From positions 11,653 to 75,652 of IMG/VR virus record IMGVR_UViG_3300018424_003600: 64,000 nt of DNA; one strand, 5' to 3'. Position numbers and translations under genes: made by a program. The DNA comes from a virus. Within the stretch, counting starts at the first letter, position 1; each line of letters opens with the position of its first letter. The notes beneath the pieces were generated by a model that saw only the letters and a list, made by a program, of their open reading frames with translations, did no database searches and was not told where the DNA came from. Shown here piece by piece: positions 51,201 to 59,825 of the stretch.

Positions 51201-51698
51201 AAGCGGCATTGCAGAATTTAAAATTTTAACAAATTGTTCAAAATAGTTTGTATTTGCTTGGTCATTCCATTTTACAGTAATGCCAGCTAGATTTAACCCG
51301 TTACTATCTATAATACTCTCAGTTGTTGATAATGTATCAATTTTTAATAATCCGTTGGCTGCTTGATTTCTGCGTGGATTATAAGAAAGCATACGTGCAA
51401 GACGTAGTACACTTTCTCTACGTTCTGCTGTTTCAAGGAAGTTTTCACGAGCATTTAGATCTACACGGAATGATAAGTTTTGCCCAAGGAAAGCAATCAT
51501 ATCAATCAGTGCAAGATATTCGCTTGACTCAATGTAATCGTTAAAATCTTCTGGATAGTTTTGACGCAGATAATTAATCATTGTTCTGCGTAGGTTATCA
51601 AAATCATAGCTTTGGAAATCTGCGTTCCTAAAGCTCTGGTAAATTCTTTTCCAATCTTCGGCTACAAGTAGCCTAGACTGTCTATCGGTTGCAGCCAT
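48225..51698 (-). CDS. gp6: Baseplate wedge subunit (T4 gp6-like)
   Basis: YDFDNLR..MINYL...FNDY..S...LIDMIAF...ENFLETA.RRESV..LA..L.Y.P; ESNEEIK.NAP..Y..QNRLVT.EDY. Confidence 0.85.
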   Translation of the reverse strand: MAATDRQSRLLVAEDWKRIYQSFRNADFQSYDFDNLRRTMINYLRQNYPEDFNDYIESSEYLALIDMIAFLGQNLSFRVDLNARENFLETAERRESVLRLARMLSYNPRRNQAANGLLKIDTLSTTESIIDSNGLNLAGITVKWNDQANTNYFEQFVKILNSAMPLANSIGNPLKSEQVADVQTQKYRINALNTGSAVYPFTKQIEGVTTRFEIVSSDISSGSIVEEPPLPGNSPAFLFRDDGQGAGSNNTGFFMHFRQGRLENGSFNMSNPIPNQSVAIDSRNINDTDVWLYEVNSLGIENKQWTKVSSTEGNNVIYNSLFNQTRDVFAVTTRIGDRINLVFSDGVFGNLPAGDFKVYYRTSNGLKSVITPGAINTVSIDIPYQARNGTKQTLTIGLKLNYTVTNGTATESNEEIKANAPATYYTQNRLVTGEDYNVGPLAISQDIIKTKSSNRISSGISRFFDLKDASGKYSNTSLFADDGILYKEEFVEKQSFTFTTQTDIEGIIYNTVERIIGNINSKNFFLAKYPKTIVSDLNATWTQSTKGTNICTGLFKDSSNQTYPLGDFTVNALRFVEPGSLIKFTSPDTKTFMPNGTWNETGTIKKGQSTYKWAKVIAVSNTGVDVEDDGTGPVILNDIIPDGALISQVIPNYSKSLVDDLKTEIIDQTFEYKDFALRYDITDRIWKIVLAEDINTISDFATGKAGDTTGENLDSSWMLYFKTDGEKYTITYRQLRYVFESADEIRFFFDSADKIYDPSTGQVVRDRIDVLNINTQPGQLTPFTKDFTWTITDAYKDSEGYLDSRKIQVQFIDLDDDGVVDDPDIFEQIVGEEDTSISTEEKIIFQKKYTTTDGVEDFKYLDNSTSEVVLVQNESSIAPYTQWDNNGQIFYLIDEGVFKKLNKTLNNTTLDVNYKAYYGRAGLKLHYVHVADSGYRIDPSASNIIDTYILSKTYDDQVKQYIDGTLSVKPKPPSNDELFRSYGSSINEIKSISDEIIYHPVKYKILFGDKAPADLQVKFKIVKNPNLVINDNELKSDIIESINRFFDIENWDFGETFYFQELSSYIMSQLSPKLVSILIVPRQTTQSFGSLFEIKSEADEIFASGAKVSDIETIDEITATNLQASGNVITSSTSTTSNQITSSASSTSSSTGGGYSY

Positions 51699-51722
51699 AT
51701 TAGTATTCCTTGTTTACTATGA

Positions 51723-51730
51723 TATTTATC
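51723..51730 (-). promoter_or_regulatory. T4-like late promoter motif (GATAAATA)
   Basis: Intergenic, 24 nt upstream of the gp6 start. Confidence 0.55.
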
Positions 51731-51758
51731 TGATATTGAAAAGTGCGTGTTTAATTGT

Positions 51759-52196
51759 TTACGAAAGTAAACCGTTTTCTTTGTCAAATTTAAATCGTAA
51801 TTGGTCTACAATTTGATATGGTAAAAATGTTATTGTACACTCTACTTGTAATCCTTGCTCATACGTGTCAACGATAATTTCTTCTGCACGTACTCTTGGA
51901 TCATAGTTGATAATTGTAGTTACATCTTCAATTACAAGTTCTTGTACTTCGTTTGTAAATGGCTCATATAATATATCCCATATTATTGTGCCAAATGTAG
52001 GATCACTAAGTTTTTCAGTTTGTCTAATATGAAAGTGGTTGATTATATCTTGTTTTATTAGATCGAAATCATATAAACTAAAACTTTTAGCGTCTGAGAT
52101 CGTAGAAAAACCTCTATAAGCTCTGCCTGAAGAAGCATCACGCATTGTTTGTTTAACAGTTACACGTTTATATAAATTTTTTTCTAATTCGCTCAT
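51759..52196 (-). CDS. gp25: Baseplate wedge subunit gp25
   Basis: LIKQDIINHF..R..EK...PTFGT.I..ILYEP...I..YDPRV. Confidence 0.9.
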   Translation of the reverse strand: MSELEKNLYKRVTVKQTMRDASSGRAYRGFSTISDAKSFSLYDFDLIKQDIINHFHIRQTEKLSDPTFGTIIWDILYEPFTNEVQELVIEDVTTIINYDPRVRAEEIIVDTYEQGLQVECTITFLPYQIVDQLRFKFDKENGLLS

Positions 52197-52200
52197 ACTA

Positions 52201-52206
52201 TATTTA
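52201..52206 (-). promoter_or_regulatory. Late promoter TAAATA 4 nt before the gp25 ATG (possibly leaderless)
   Basis: Minus strand GGTAAATA-TAGT-ATG; no room for an SD between motif and ATG. Confidence 0.55.
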
Positions 52207-52208
52207 CC

Positions 52209-54683
52209 CTATTGTACTGTACGTGGAACTTCTTCAACTGTTGAAACACTGTCTTTACCACTAATTGTTGGTGGTGTAGTTGTTTTTGACAATTCTTGTT
52301 CTAAACTTTTTAGAGCGTCAGCTTTTTCATTTTTAAATCTATTTACAACACCAGCTCTAACATTTGGTTTACTTTTTCCAAAATATCGTTGTCCATTGTT
52401 TGCACCACGTTCATCATATACTGCACGAATTAATGCATCGTCGCTTGGATTAGAACTACCAGTACGCTCTACTGCTTTCTTAAATATTTTAGATGCTCCT
52501 CCGTTGCCGTGTTGAATAGCTGTGGACCATAAAACATCTTGTACAGTTTTAGATCTAGTAGTTACATCAATACCTGTATTACGTTTAACTTTAGCTGCTG
52601 CTGGAGTAAAATAAAGTTGTACACCAAATCCGTGTTGTGCTTTATTTCCTGCTGCGGTACCCATTACACTTTTCCAAGTTTGCTTAAATGTATCAGTTCC
52701 TTGTTTAGCGGCTGCTGCGCCGCCTGCTGCTTGTAATTTACTGTGTATATCAGGATGTGCAGATTTAGCATAGTTCATAAAGTCGTCCATTGCACCTGTT
52801 TTTGCTGCAATTTGGTACGTACCGTAACTCCAACCGCCTGTAGTATCATAACCAATAGCACCTGGATTTCCTCTAGACTCGTACTTTGAACTTAGCGATC
52901 CAAGTTCATCACTAAATTTAAAATTACTATTTTTTGGAGTAACATTTGGATCTGGTACTGCGCCTGTTCCTGTTGATGTTCCTCCTCCAGAGTTTATAAC
53001 ACCAGAATTTATTCCGCCGCCTGATCCTCCTACAAATGCGCTAGATTTCCTTCCTCCTAGATTTTTAAAGAAAGTATCAGGTGTTAACACTCTGTCTGCA
53101 CTAGTTAATGCTCCTGGAGATTCTCTATCAGTTTCACCTTTTTTAAATGCTAAAGGATCTAAGTTTTCATGATGTAACCAAGGTTCGTGCTGTGGTGCTC
53201 TTCCAAGTATAGTTTCAAACGGTTGAACTACGTTTCCTGGTTTTGTTTGAGGTAATGTAATTGTACTCAAAGGTGTAACTTCAGTTGCAGGATTTGCTAA
53301 TGCTGCACCAGGTCCATTCATATGTATGTATTTTGCAGTTTCTCTATGCTCTGCTCCACTGTTAATGTGTGTATATTGTTTAGCAGTTAAAAAGTTATTT
53401 TGTCCTGTATTAACATGTAGAGATTTTGCTGTTTCAATATATTGTGATTCGTTAACTTTTGTATGTTGATTTTTTGCTACTGTAATTTTGCTATCTTTGC
53501 CAACATTTAAATTATAATTAAAAGCAGATTCAAATTGAATTCTACCAGATTCTAAACCTTCTTCGTCTGTTGCACCACCACTACTATAACGTGCTGATGC
53601 TTTCATATTAATATTACGCCCGGCTTCTACATTAAAGTCTCTATCAGCAGTAAAATTAATGTCAGCTTCAGATCTAACACTTATACTATCGTATCCATAA
53701 ATGTCAATTTTTCCATCAGACGATAGTTCTACCCAAGCAGTACCTCTTGAGTTGCTAATATAAATTAAATCTTCACTATTGTGTAAAAGTATCTGATGCC
53801 CGGTTCTAGTTCTAAGCCTCATTAATTCATTTTGAGGAATAGTGTTATCGCCTGTTTCACCTTCTTTTATATTTTTATAAATTGGTGGACCGTCTTCTGC
53901 ATGGGTTGATCTAACAAATCTATCATCACCGTCGTCCATTACAAAACTAGAACCACCTAAACGGTTACTTGGAACATTTATTTTTTGACCTGCTGTACCG
54001 ATCGGTGCTTGCGGTGCACCAGATCTGTAATCTTTTGGACCAGGTGTACTAATACCAAATACCATACTTGGTATTTCTCTTCTAGCACTCGAAGTTGTTG
54101 TTCCTCTAGCTTCGTCTCTTAAAAGTCCTTGGACTTCTAAAACTTCTGTAAAATCTTTATTGTAAGGTTTGTTAAACAACGTAGGATCAACTAACGAACC
54201 ATCTTCAACAGTTTTGTTATATTCTCCTACAGGAAGTTTATAACCTTTTAAGTTTTCCGGAGTATGGTCTGTTGTTTTTTCTGTTGATGCTCTACCATCT
54301 GGTACCATAAAATTCATATAATCTGCAGGTACGCAACCTATCCAATATCCAAAGTTTGGATTTCCTTCAGCAAAAATTACAAGTACACGAGTTCCTATAT
54401 CTGGAGGTACCATCCACATTCCATATGATTTTTGTGTATGTTCAAAACCGTCATTTGCTGTAAGAGCAGTTTGCGGTGTTATTCCATAAAATGGACTTAA
54501 ATATCTTACATTTAATAATTGTCCTGTACGCTCCGGAGTGCCGCCTGCGCTAGTATATTTTAACAATTCTACCGTTAAGCCGCCCATATAACGTGTGTCT
54601 AAATTATTAACAACAATTGCTTCGTAGGGTCCCGAATCTTTAATGTTAGTAAGTGCGTCTCTAGTTCTAGTATAGTTTGCCAT
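52209..54683 (-). CDS. gp5: Baseplate central spike (gp5/VgrG-like) with C-terminal muramidase-like domain
   Basis: OB-fold GMWMVPPDIGTRVLVIF.EG...WIG; RTRTGHQILL and beta-helix repeats; Gly-rich linker; LGSLSSKYES...DTTGGWSYGTYQ...WSTAIQHG resembling the VgrG3 C-terminal lysozyme domain. Confidence 0.8.
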   Translation of the reverse strand: MANYTRTRDALTNIKDSGPYEAIVVNNLDTRYMGGLTVELLKYTSAGGTPERTGQLLNVRYLSPFYGITPQTALTANDGFEHTQKSYGMWMVPPDIGTRVLVIFAEGNPNFGYWIGCVPADYMNFMVPDGRASTEKTTDHTPENLKGYKLPVGEYNKTVEDGSLVDPTLFNKPYNKDFTEVLEVQGLLRDEARGTTTSSARREIPSMVFGISTPGPKDYRSGAPQAPIGTAGQKINVPSNRLGGSSFVMDDGDDRFVRSTHAEDGPPIYKNIKEGETGDNTIPQNELMRLRTRTGHQILLHNSEDLIYISNSRGTAWVELSSDGKIDIYGYDSISVRSEADINFTADRDFNVEAGRNINMKASARYSSGGATDEEGLESGRIQFESAFNYNLNVGKDSKITVAKNQHTKVNESQYIETAKSLHVNTGQNNFLTAKQYTHINSGAEHRETAKYIHMNGPGAALANPATEVTPLSTITLPQTKPGNVVQPFETILGRAPQHEPWLHHENLDPLAFKKGETDRESPGALTSADRVLTPDTFFKNLGGRKSSAFVGGSGGGINSGVINSGGGTSTGTGAVPDPNVTPKNSNFKFSDELGSLSSKYESRGNPGAIGYDTTGGWSYGTYQIAAKTGAMDDFMNYAKSAHPDIHSKLQAAGGAAAAKQGTDTFKQTWKSVMGTAAGNKAQHGFGVQLYFTPAAAKVKRNTGIDVTTRSKTVQDVLWSTAIQHGNGGASKIFKKAVERTGSSNPSDDALIRAVYDERGANNGQRYFGKSKPNVRAGVVNRFKNEKADALKSLEQELSKTTTPPTISGKDSVSTVEEVPRTVQ

Positions 54684-54692
54684 TTTGACTCC

Positions 54693-55622
54693 TTACTGTG
54701 GTCCTACTCGATTTGGATCTCTTTCGCGATCTTGACGTTGTCTTAATAAACTAGGCCCTCCAGTTGTTGTACCAACAGCAATGCCGCCGTCAATTGCAGT
54801 TTTATTTGATTCTGCTACTTTTGCAGGAGGAGTAGGCTCATTGCTTCCTGCATATGTTTGCAAACTGCCGCCTGTGTCTGGTGTAAAAACTTTTTTACCT
54901 AAATTAAAATCGTATCTATCAAACCCAGGACGTATAGGTTCGTATACATATGCGTTACCTGTTGATTTAGTTGCAACTGGGTCTGTTCTAGATACAGTTT
55001 TTGGAGATACTTTGCTATCAGTTTTTGTTTTACTAATAACATCCTTGTCTGTTTTTGTAGAAGTGTTTTCTGTGTCTGTTGTACTTTCTGTTTTAGTTGT
55101 AGTTGAGTTCGATTTACTAGTTGTAGTTGTAGTTGTAACTCCGGTTGATTTGCTAACAGTTTTTCCTGTATTTGTACCTGGCTTTTCATTGCTACTTTTT
55201 GGATCAGCTTGAAAAATTGGAACTCCTTGTAGTTCATCAATTTGAACTGCTCCTGGTGGAACAAAAGGTTTGCCGCCTGCTTCAATTCTTTGTTTGTTAG
55301 TAGCTGCTAAAGATTTAAAAGTAGTTTCACCTTCTGCTTCTGATGGACTGAATACTACCCAAAAGAAATTACTATCTGCATAATTTGGAGCACCATCAAC
55401 TACTCTCACTAACTGTCCTGTAGGTGCCGGTTTACCTATATTATCTTTATCAGCTTCAAATTCTCCAAATGTTTCGTAAGTAAGAATTCCGTTTTCGTCT
55501 CGCCACGGTTTACCGTCTTCAACAATTTCAGCAGACTGATCTGCGCCTCCTTGAGAGGCGCCAACTGAATCGTCTTCTATATCGTTGTCATCAAGTTTTG
55601 GATCTAAATCTTGAAATGGCAT
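54693..55622 (-). CDS. Hypothetical protein with acidic N-terminus and Thr/Lys/Ser-rich linker
   Basis: 309-aa ORF with AAGGA RBS, between the hub and spike genes. Confidence 0.55.
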   Translation of the reverse strand: MPFQDLDPKLDDNDIEDDSVGASQGGADQSAEIVEDGKPWRDENGILTYETFGEFEADKDNIGKPAPTGQLVRVVDGAPNYADSNFFWVVFSPSEAEGETTFKSLAATNKQRIEAGGKPFVPPGAVQIDELQGVPIFQADPKSSNEKPGTNTGKTVSKSTGVTTTTTTSKSNSTTTKTESTTDTENTSTKTDKDVISKTKTDSKVSPKTVSRTDPVATKSTGNAYVYEPIRPGFDRYDFNLGKKVFTPDTGGSLQTYAGSNEPTPPAKVAESNKTAIDGGIAVGTTTGGPSLLRQRQDRERDPNRVGPQ

Positions 55623-55635
55623 ATTTTAAAATCCT

Positions 55636-58620
55636 TTATCCAAATAAACTGTTTATTTTTGAACTTGCAGTTTTAGTAATGCTATCTATTTGCGCGGAAG
55701 CATCTGCTACTGCTGTATTTAATTGTGTTTTTGCTCCAGCAAGATCACTTTCGAATTGTTTAACTGCACTTGCTGCTTGAGCATTAATTTTTGTAAGATC
55801 AGGCAATTTTGCTAGTCCTATATCAACTCCAGGTATAGAAAGTTTTATATCAGCTACTGCTGTATCAATAATATCTGGAATAATATTATCTACAGCAGGT
55901 AACAAATTTGTAATATCATCTTTAACTGTTTTTTCTAATGAGTTTGCATAATCTTTCCATTTAGAAGACATAGTATTCTTTGCTTGAGCTGCTGTTTGAT
56001 TTGACGATCCGCTACCAACTGTTCCTTTTGAACTTTCTTGTTGTTTGTTAATTTTTGAATCTTCGTCTACCTTAATAAATGCATTTGAGTTTGTAGTTGG
56101 CGGATCATCTTGCCCTCTACGCCTGGTCATTTTTAATCTTTGAACAAACTGACCGTTTGAAAAAGAATTAGTAACTGCCCAGACACTATACAATCCACTA
56201 AAGCCTCTAACAATTGACGGCATCTCCATTGTTGCTCCTTTAACTTGATAATCAAAAGGAGTTAAAAAGTTTACAACAATTAAAACTTGCGATTGTTGAT
56301 ATGTCATTGTTCCGTCAGCAGTAATTGTAGGCGTTGCTCCTCTTTTTGCAGCGTAGTTTCCTGTTTCTTGTGGTAAGAAATAAGGATCGCCAATTATTTC
56401 CATTTCTGCTGTAATCATATCAATGGGTAAATTAGTAATTCTATCATGAAACTGCTCAGCAATTCTTACTCTAATGTCTGAACTTCTAGATCCCGAAGAA
56501 ACAAGATTATCTGTTTTAAAATCTAGTGTTCCACCAGGTTCGCTCTTGTTAGCTAAATCATTAGTATCATCTGCTTTAGCACCTTGTGCTTGATTTTCAA
56601 TTGCTGTTGCAGTTTTTTGCCCATCTAGTCCTGCTGCTTGACCACCGCTGTTCATACCAAAATTTGAAAGAGCTGTTGTTAAAAACGCTTGATTAAAATT
56701 AATATTAAAATCTAATACATCTTCATTTTTTCCAGTATAAATGTAATTGTATTCTTTTACGGCAGCGGCTTTTAATCCTTTCGTATTTCCTGCTTTTTGA
56801 TTTGTACCTAGTGTTACTGCTTCATCTACTTCATACGGTACAACACTATACACATAAACTTTTGGAGGTCGTCCAGTTTGTGCTTCTGTTCCAGGATTTG
56901 GTTCTATAAAAACTTGAGTATCAATTCTAAACCATTTGTTAAGTCCGTTTTTTGGACCTTCAGTAGATTTTTCAGCAGCATATTGACTTTCTAAAATAAC
57001 TTTTTCAATTATTCTAGTAATTTTTTCTTTTTGTGAAAATTGATAATCTCTAGCCTTTTCTGTTTGTTGAGTTTGTTTTGCTGTTGCATCAACTTTTCCT
57101 GTTCTTGGATCTATAACAGAAGAAGGTTCTGCTTCTGATGCATTACCGCCCGAATTCGTATCTACGTTAATTGCACTTAGTCCAATAGGATTCATTAAAT
57201 TTTCATTTTCTGCAAAAGATTTTAGTACAGCATAAGTTGCAAACGTAGGCTTAACTACAACTTCTTTTACAGTTGTACCAAAGTCATAAACTTCTCCTGT
57301 TTTTCTAGCACCTTTTTGAATAATTATTTCTTTGTCTGCTTCTGTTGTAAGTGCTTCATCAGTAACTACACCCGATTCAAGTGCTTCAACTAACGCTGTT
57401 CTTGATTTAGGAAAAGCAATTACATATCTATCGTAAGGTGCCAGCGATCCACTTTCTTCTAGTTTTTCTATTTGCGAATTTACTCCTGCTGTAACCGAAG
57501 TTGCAGCAGTTTCAAGAACTTCATGAACTATAGTTCCTGTTGCTTTTATAGGTGTTTTTATTTTATTCACGTTATCCGCTAATCCTGATTCGCTCATAGG
57601 TATTGCTTTAACCTGATACTCGCTTCCGCCAGCGTTAACTTCAAATTCCATATTAATAAATTTAATTGGAATAAAAATTGGACGTTTAATAAAGTTTGCA
57701 TTATATTGACCGTCTTCGTTCCATCCTTTAAAATCTATTCTTAAACAAAATGGTGCTTCAACATAATTTTTATATCCAGCAGTAGATGCTGCGCCAATTA
57801 CTGCCTGTACAAAGTTTCCCATGCTGTAAGGTTCAATCACTCTAAAACTAAGTGTAGTTCCTAGTGTAACTCCTGTATTTTTATTAGGAGCAATTACTGC
57901 ATCTAAGTCAAGATCTTCAATATAATATTCTGCATCGCCGCCGCCAAAGCCGGTGCTTGAAGCTCCCATTTCATCAAGTGTTCTATACCTTTTAGCATAT
58001 TCTCCGCCGCCACTGCGAATTATATAATTTTTAAAACCGCCTGCGGCTCTATAAACTGCTGGATTGTTATATTCTTCAGGACTTAATACTCCAAGAGTAA
58101 TAATATAGTTGTAACTGTTATGGTTTCTTAAAGGATTAGGGATTTTACTCGATGATTTTCCAGCATGTTTTACAGTTCCAAAACTTGGGTATAAAACTGC
58201 GCCTGGTTGAAGCCAATCATCAAATGCACTATCTGCTGTTCTGTCTCTGTAGAGCTGTGTTACTTGAGAAAATTCTTCATCTGCTAGACCAAATAATTCA
58301 GCCGCTCCTTTTTCAATTAAACGTAAAGGTTGATTAATTAAGCCTTGGATTTCTTCTGAGTTAGCTATTAATGCTCCAAGAGGTCCTAAACCTCTTATTT
58401 TGTTCGTAATCGAATATCTTAAAGAACCAGTAATTCCTGCTGTAATATTACCTAGTGCTCCTTGAGCTGCACTTCCTAACAATTGCGAATTAAATTTTCC
58501 TGAAGATAGTTGTTTAGAAGCATCGTTTATAAATGAATTTGTTTCAGCTGAAACTTGTTTAAAAGTAGCCGTTGCCTGTGATGCTACAGATGACACTGCT
58601 TTTTTAAAGTTAAATGGCAT
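55636..58620 (-). CDS. Baseplate hub / tail protein (gp27/late control D-like)
   Basis: F.VIEPY, KEYNYIYTGKN.DVLDF, MEIIGDPYFL and FSGLYSV..V.N.F..GQF.Q.L hub-like C-terminal signature; position before the spike. Confidence 0.6.
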   Translation of the reverse strand: MPFNFKKAVSSVASQATATFKQVSAETNSFINDASKQLSSGKFNSQLLGSAAQGALGNITAGITGSLRYSITNKIRGLGPLGALIANSEEIQGLINQPLRLIEKGAAELFGLADEEFSQVTQLYRDRTADSAFDDWLQPGAVLYPSFGTVKHAGKSSSKIPNPLRNHNSYNYIITLGVLSPEEYNNPAVYRAAGGFKNYIIRSGGGEYAKRYRTLDEMGASSTGFGGGDAEYYIEDLDLDAVIAPNKNTGVTLGTTLSFRVIEPYSMGNFVQAVIGAASTAGYKNYVEAPFCLRIDFKGWNEDGQYNANFIKRPIFIPIKFINMEFEVNAGGSEYQVKAIPMSESGLADNVNKIKTPIKATGTIVHEVLETAATSVTAGVNSQIEKLEESGSLAPYDRYVIAFPKSRTALVEALESGVVTDEALTTEADKEIIIQKGARKTGEVYDFGTTVKEVVVKPTFATYAVLKSFAENENLMNPIGLSAINVDTNSGGNASEAEPSSVIDPRTGKVDATAKQTQQTEKARDYQFSQKEKITRIIEKVILESQYAAEKSTEGPKNGLNKWFRIDTQVFIEPNPGTEAQTGRPPKVYVYSVVPYEVDEAVTLGTNQKAGNTKGLKAAAVKEYNYIYTGKNEDVLDFNINFNQAFLTTALSNFGMNSGGQAAGLDGQKTATAIENQAQGAKADDTNDLANKSEPGGTLDFKTDNLVSSGSRSSDIRVRIAEQFHDRITNLPIDMITAEMEIIGDPYFLPQETGNYAAKRGATPTITADGTMTYQQSQVLIVVNFLTPFDYQVKGATMEMPSIVRGFSGLYSVWAVTNSFSNGQFVQRLKMTRRRGQDDPPTTNSNAFIKVDEDSKINKQQESSKGTVGSGSSNQTAAQAKNTMSSKWKDYANSLEKTVKDDITNLLPAVDNIIPDIIDTAVADIKLSIPGVDIGLAKLPDLTKINAQAASAVKQFESDLAGAKTQLNTAVADASAQIDSITKTASSKINSLFG

Positions 58621-58621
58621 T

Positions 58622-58921
58622 TTATGTTCCTAGCTGCTCTCGTAAATACTTTTCTTGCGGCAGATATATTTTTGTACCTGCAATAAAATCAAATACAGGA
58701 TCTTTAAGTATATCCATATTCCTTTGTGCAAAAACCCACCATAACTCTCTGTTTCCATACATAATATGTGCTAACAAATCTGGTCTATATGTATATTCTG
58801 GTGTTATTTCAAAAAGTATATCGTCTTTTGCAACTGGAATAGGACGAGGTTTTAGAATATCTAAATATCCTGCATTAGTAATTTGTGTATTTGCATAAGG
58901 ACTTGAAATTGAAATTGACAT
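58622..58921 (-). CDS. gp53: Baseplate wedge gp53-like (LysM-like) protein
   Basis: RPDLLAHIMYG..ELWWVFA..N..I.DP...F.AG..IYLP. Confidence 0.8.
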   Translation of the reverse strand: MSISISSPYANTQITNAGYLDILKPRPIPVAKDDILFEITPEYTYRPDLLAHIMYGNRELWWVFAQRNMDILKDPVFDFIAGTKIYLPQEKYLREQLGT

Positions 58922-59745
58922 TAGATAAATCCTTCATCACCGCCTACGTGATTTCCTTTTGCAAAATCATTAAGACTAAATCTTGATTGTGAACGTCTTG
59001 CATACTGCGGTTGTACTGTAACTGTAATTGTACTTTGTACTGGTACCATGTTAGTTTGTCCGTCTACTATACATTCTATGTAATCAACATCTGCCGGCAT
59101 GTCTGTTGTAAAGTTTGTTATAATAACTGGAACATTATTAATTACATGAGGACCATAACCATTTAACCGGCAAACAGGTGGCGGATTTCCTAACGGATCA
59201 CTGTAACCATAAAACATTTTAGTAGCAGTTCTTAAAAAATGAATTGCTGCTATCCAATATTGTGCATCTCTATAGTTTTCTTGGAAGAATTCGCCAGTAA
59301 TTGTCATTGCATCCACAACACTGTTTTGGTAAGCATAATATGGATAATTAGTATGTGTAGGTTGTACAGAATTATAATTTGCACTATGACTAAAAAGTAT
59401 TGTAGGGTTAAAAGGAAATACTAATCTATTTCCAGTGTTAAATGCTGCACTTGATCCTTCTCTTAATGGATCTAATACAGGACCATTTAACAAAATTTCA
59501 GGAATGCTAATACTGACTCTCCAATCACTTGCATCTGATACGCTAATATCTTTAGATATTATTGCTCTTGTGATTGTTCTGTCATTAATAGCAGTAGTGC
59601 TAATAAATTTTGAAGCAAGTTTTCCAAGAGGACCTAAGCCGCCAAGTTTTTGTTGCACTACATCAAGTGCAGCATTCTTTAAGGCCTTCTTTCCGTCGTT
59701 TACTATGCTTTCTACAAAACTAGAAGCGTTAAATTTAAATGGCAT
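58921..59745 (-). CDS. Tail-tube initiator / baseplate-tube cap (gp48/gp54-like)
   Basis: VFPFNPTI...A.Y....PTH.NY...PPPVCRL..YG...NVPV.I.NF...P; first gene of the baseplate operon, AGGAG RBS. Confidence 0.65.
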   Translation of the reverse strand: MPFKFNASSFVESIVNDGKKALKNAALDVVQQKLGGLGPLGKLASKFISTTAINDRTITRAIISKDISVSDASDWRVSISIPEILLNGPVLDPLREGSSAAFNTGNRLVFPFNPTILFSHSANYNSVQPTHTNYPYYAYQNSVVDAMTITGEFFQENYRDAQYWIAAIHFLRTATKMFYGYSDPLGNPPPVCRLNGYGPHVINNVPVIITNFTTDMPADVDYIECIVDGQTNMVPVQSTITVTVQPQYARRSQSRFSLNDFAKGNHVGGDEGFI

Positions 59746-59765
59746 AAATGTTTCTCCTACACTAC

Positions 59766-59771
59766 TATTTA
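59766..59771 (-). promoter_or_regulatory. Late promoter (TAAATA) for the baseplate/fibre operon
   Basis: 20 nt upstream of the 59745 start. Confidence 0.55.
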
Positions 59772-59772
59772 G

Positions 59773-59806
59773 TTGACAAAATTATGTATGTATATTATAA
59801 TAAATA
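59773..59806 (+). promoter_or_regulatory. Perfect sigma70 promoter plus overlapping late motif, upstream of gp55
   Basis: TTGACA (59773-78), N17, TATAAT (59796-801); AATAAATA at 59799-806; GGAG RBS at 59816. Confidence 0.85.
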
Positions 59807-59825
59807 CAATTAACTGGAGCAATAG

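Noticed and set aside
54899-55285. Gln/Leu-rich alternative-frame ORF or programmed frameshift
   Set aside because: By-product of the ACA/ACT-rich Thr tract; no slippery site identified.
48225-59745. Bacterial T6SS or extracellular contractile injection system
   Set aside because: Flanked by gp55-gp47-gp46 and T4-type late motifs, with no Tss membrane complex or Afp15-type ATPase; a phage tail module fits better.
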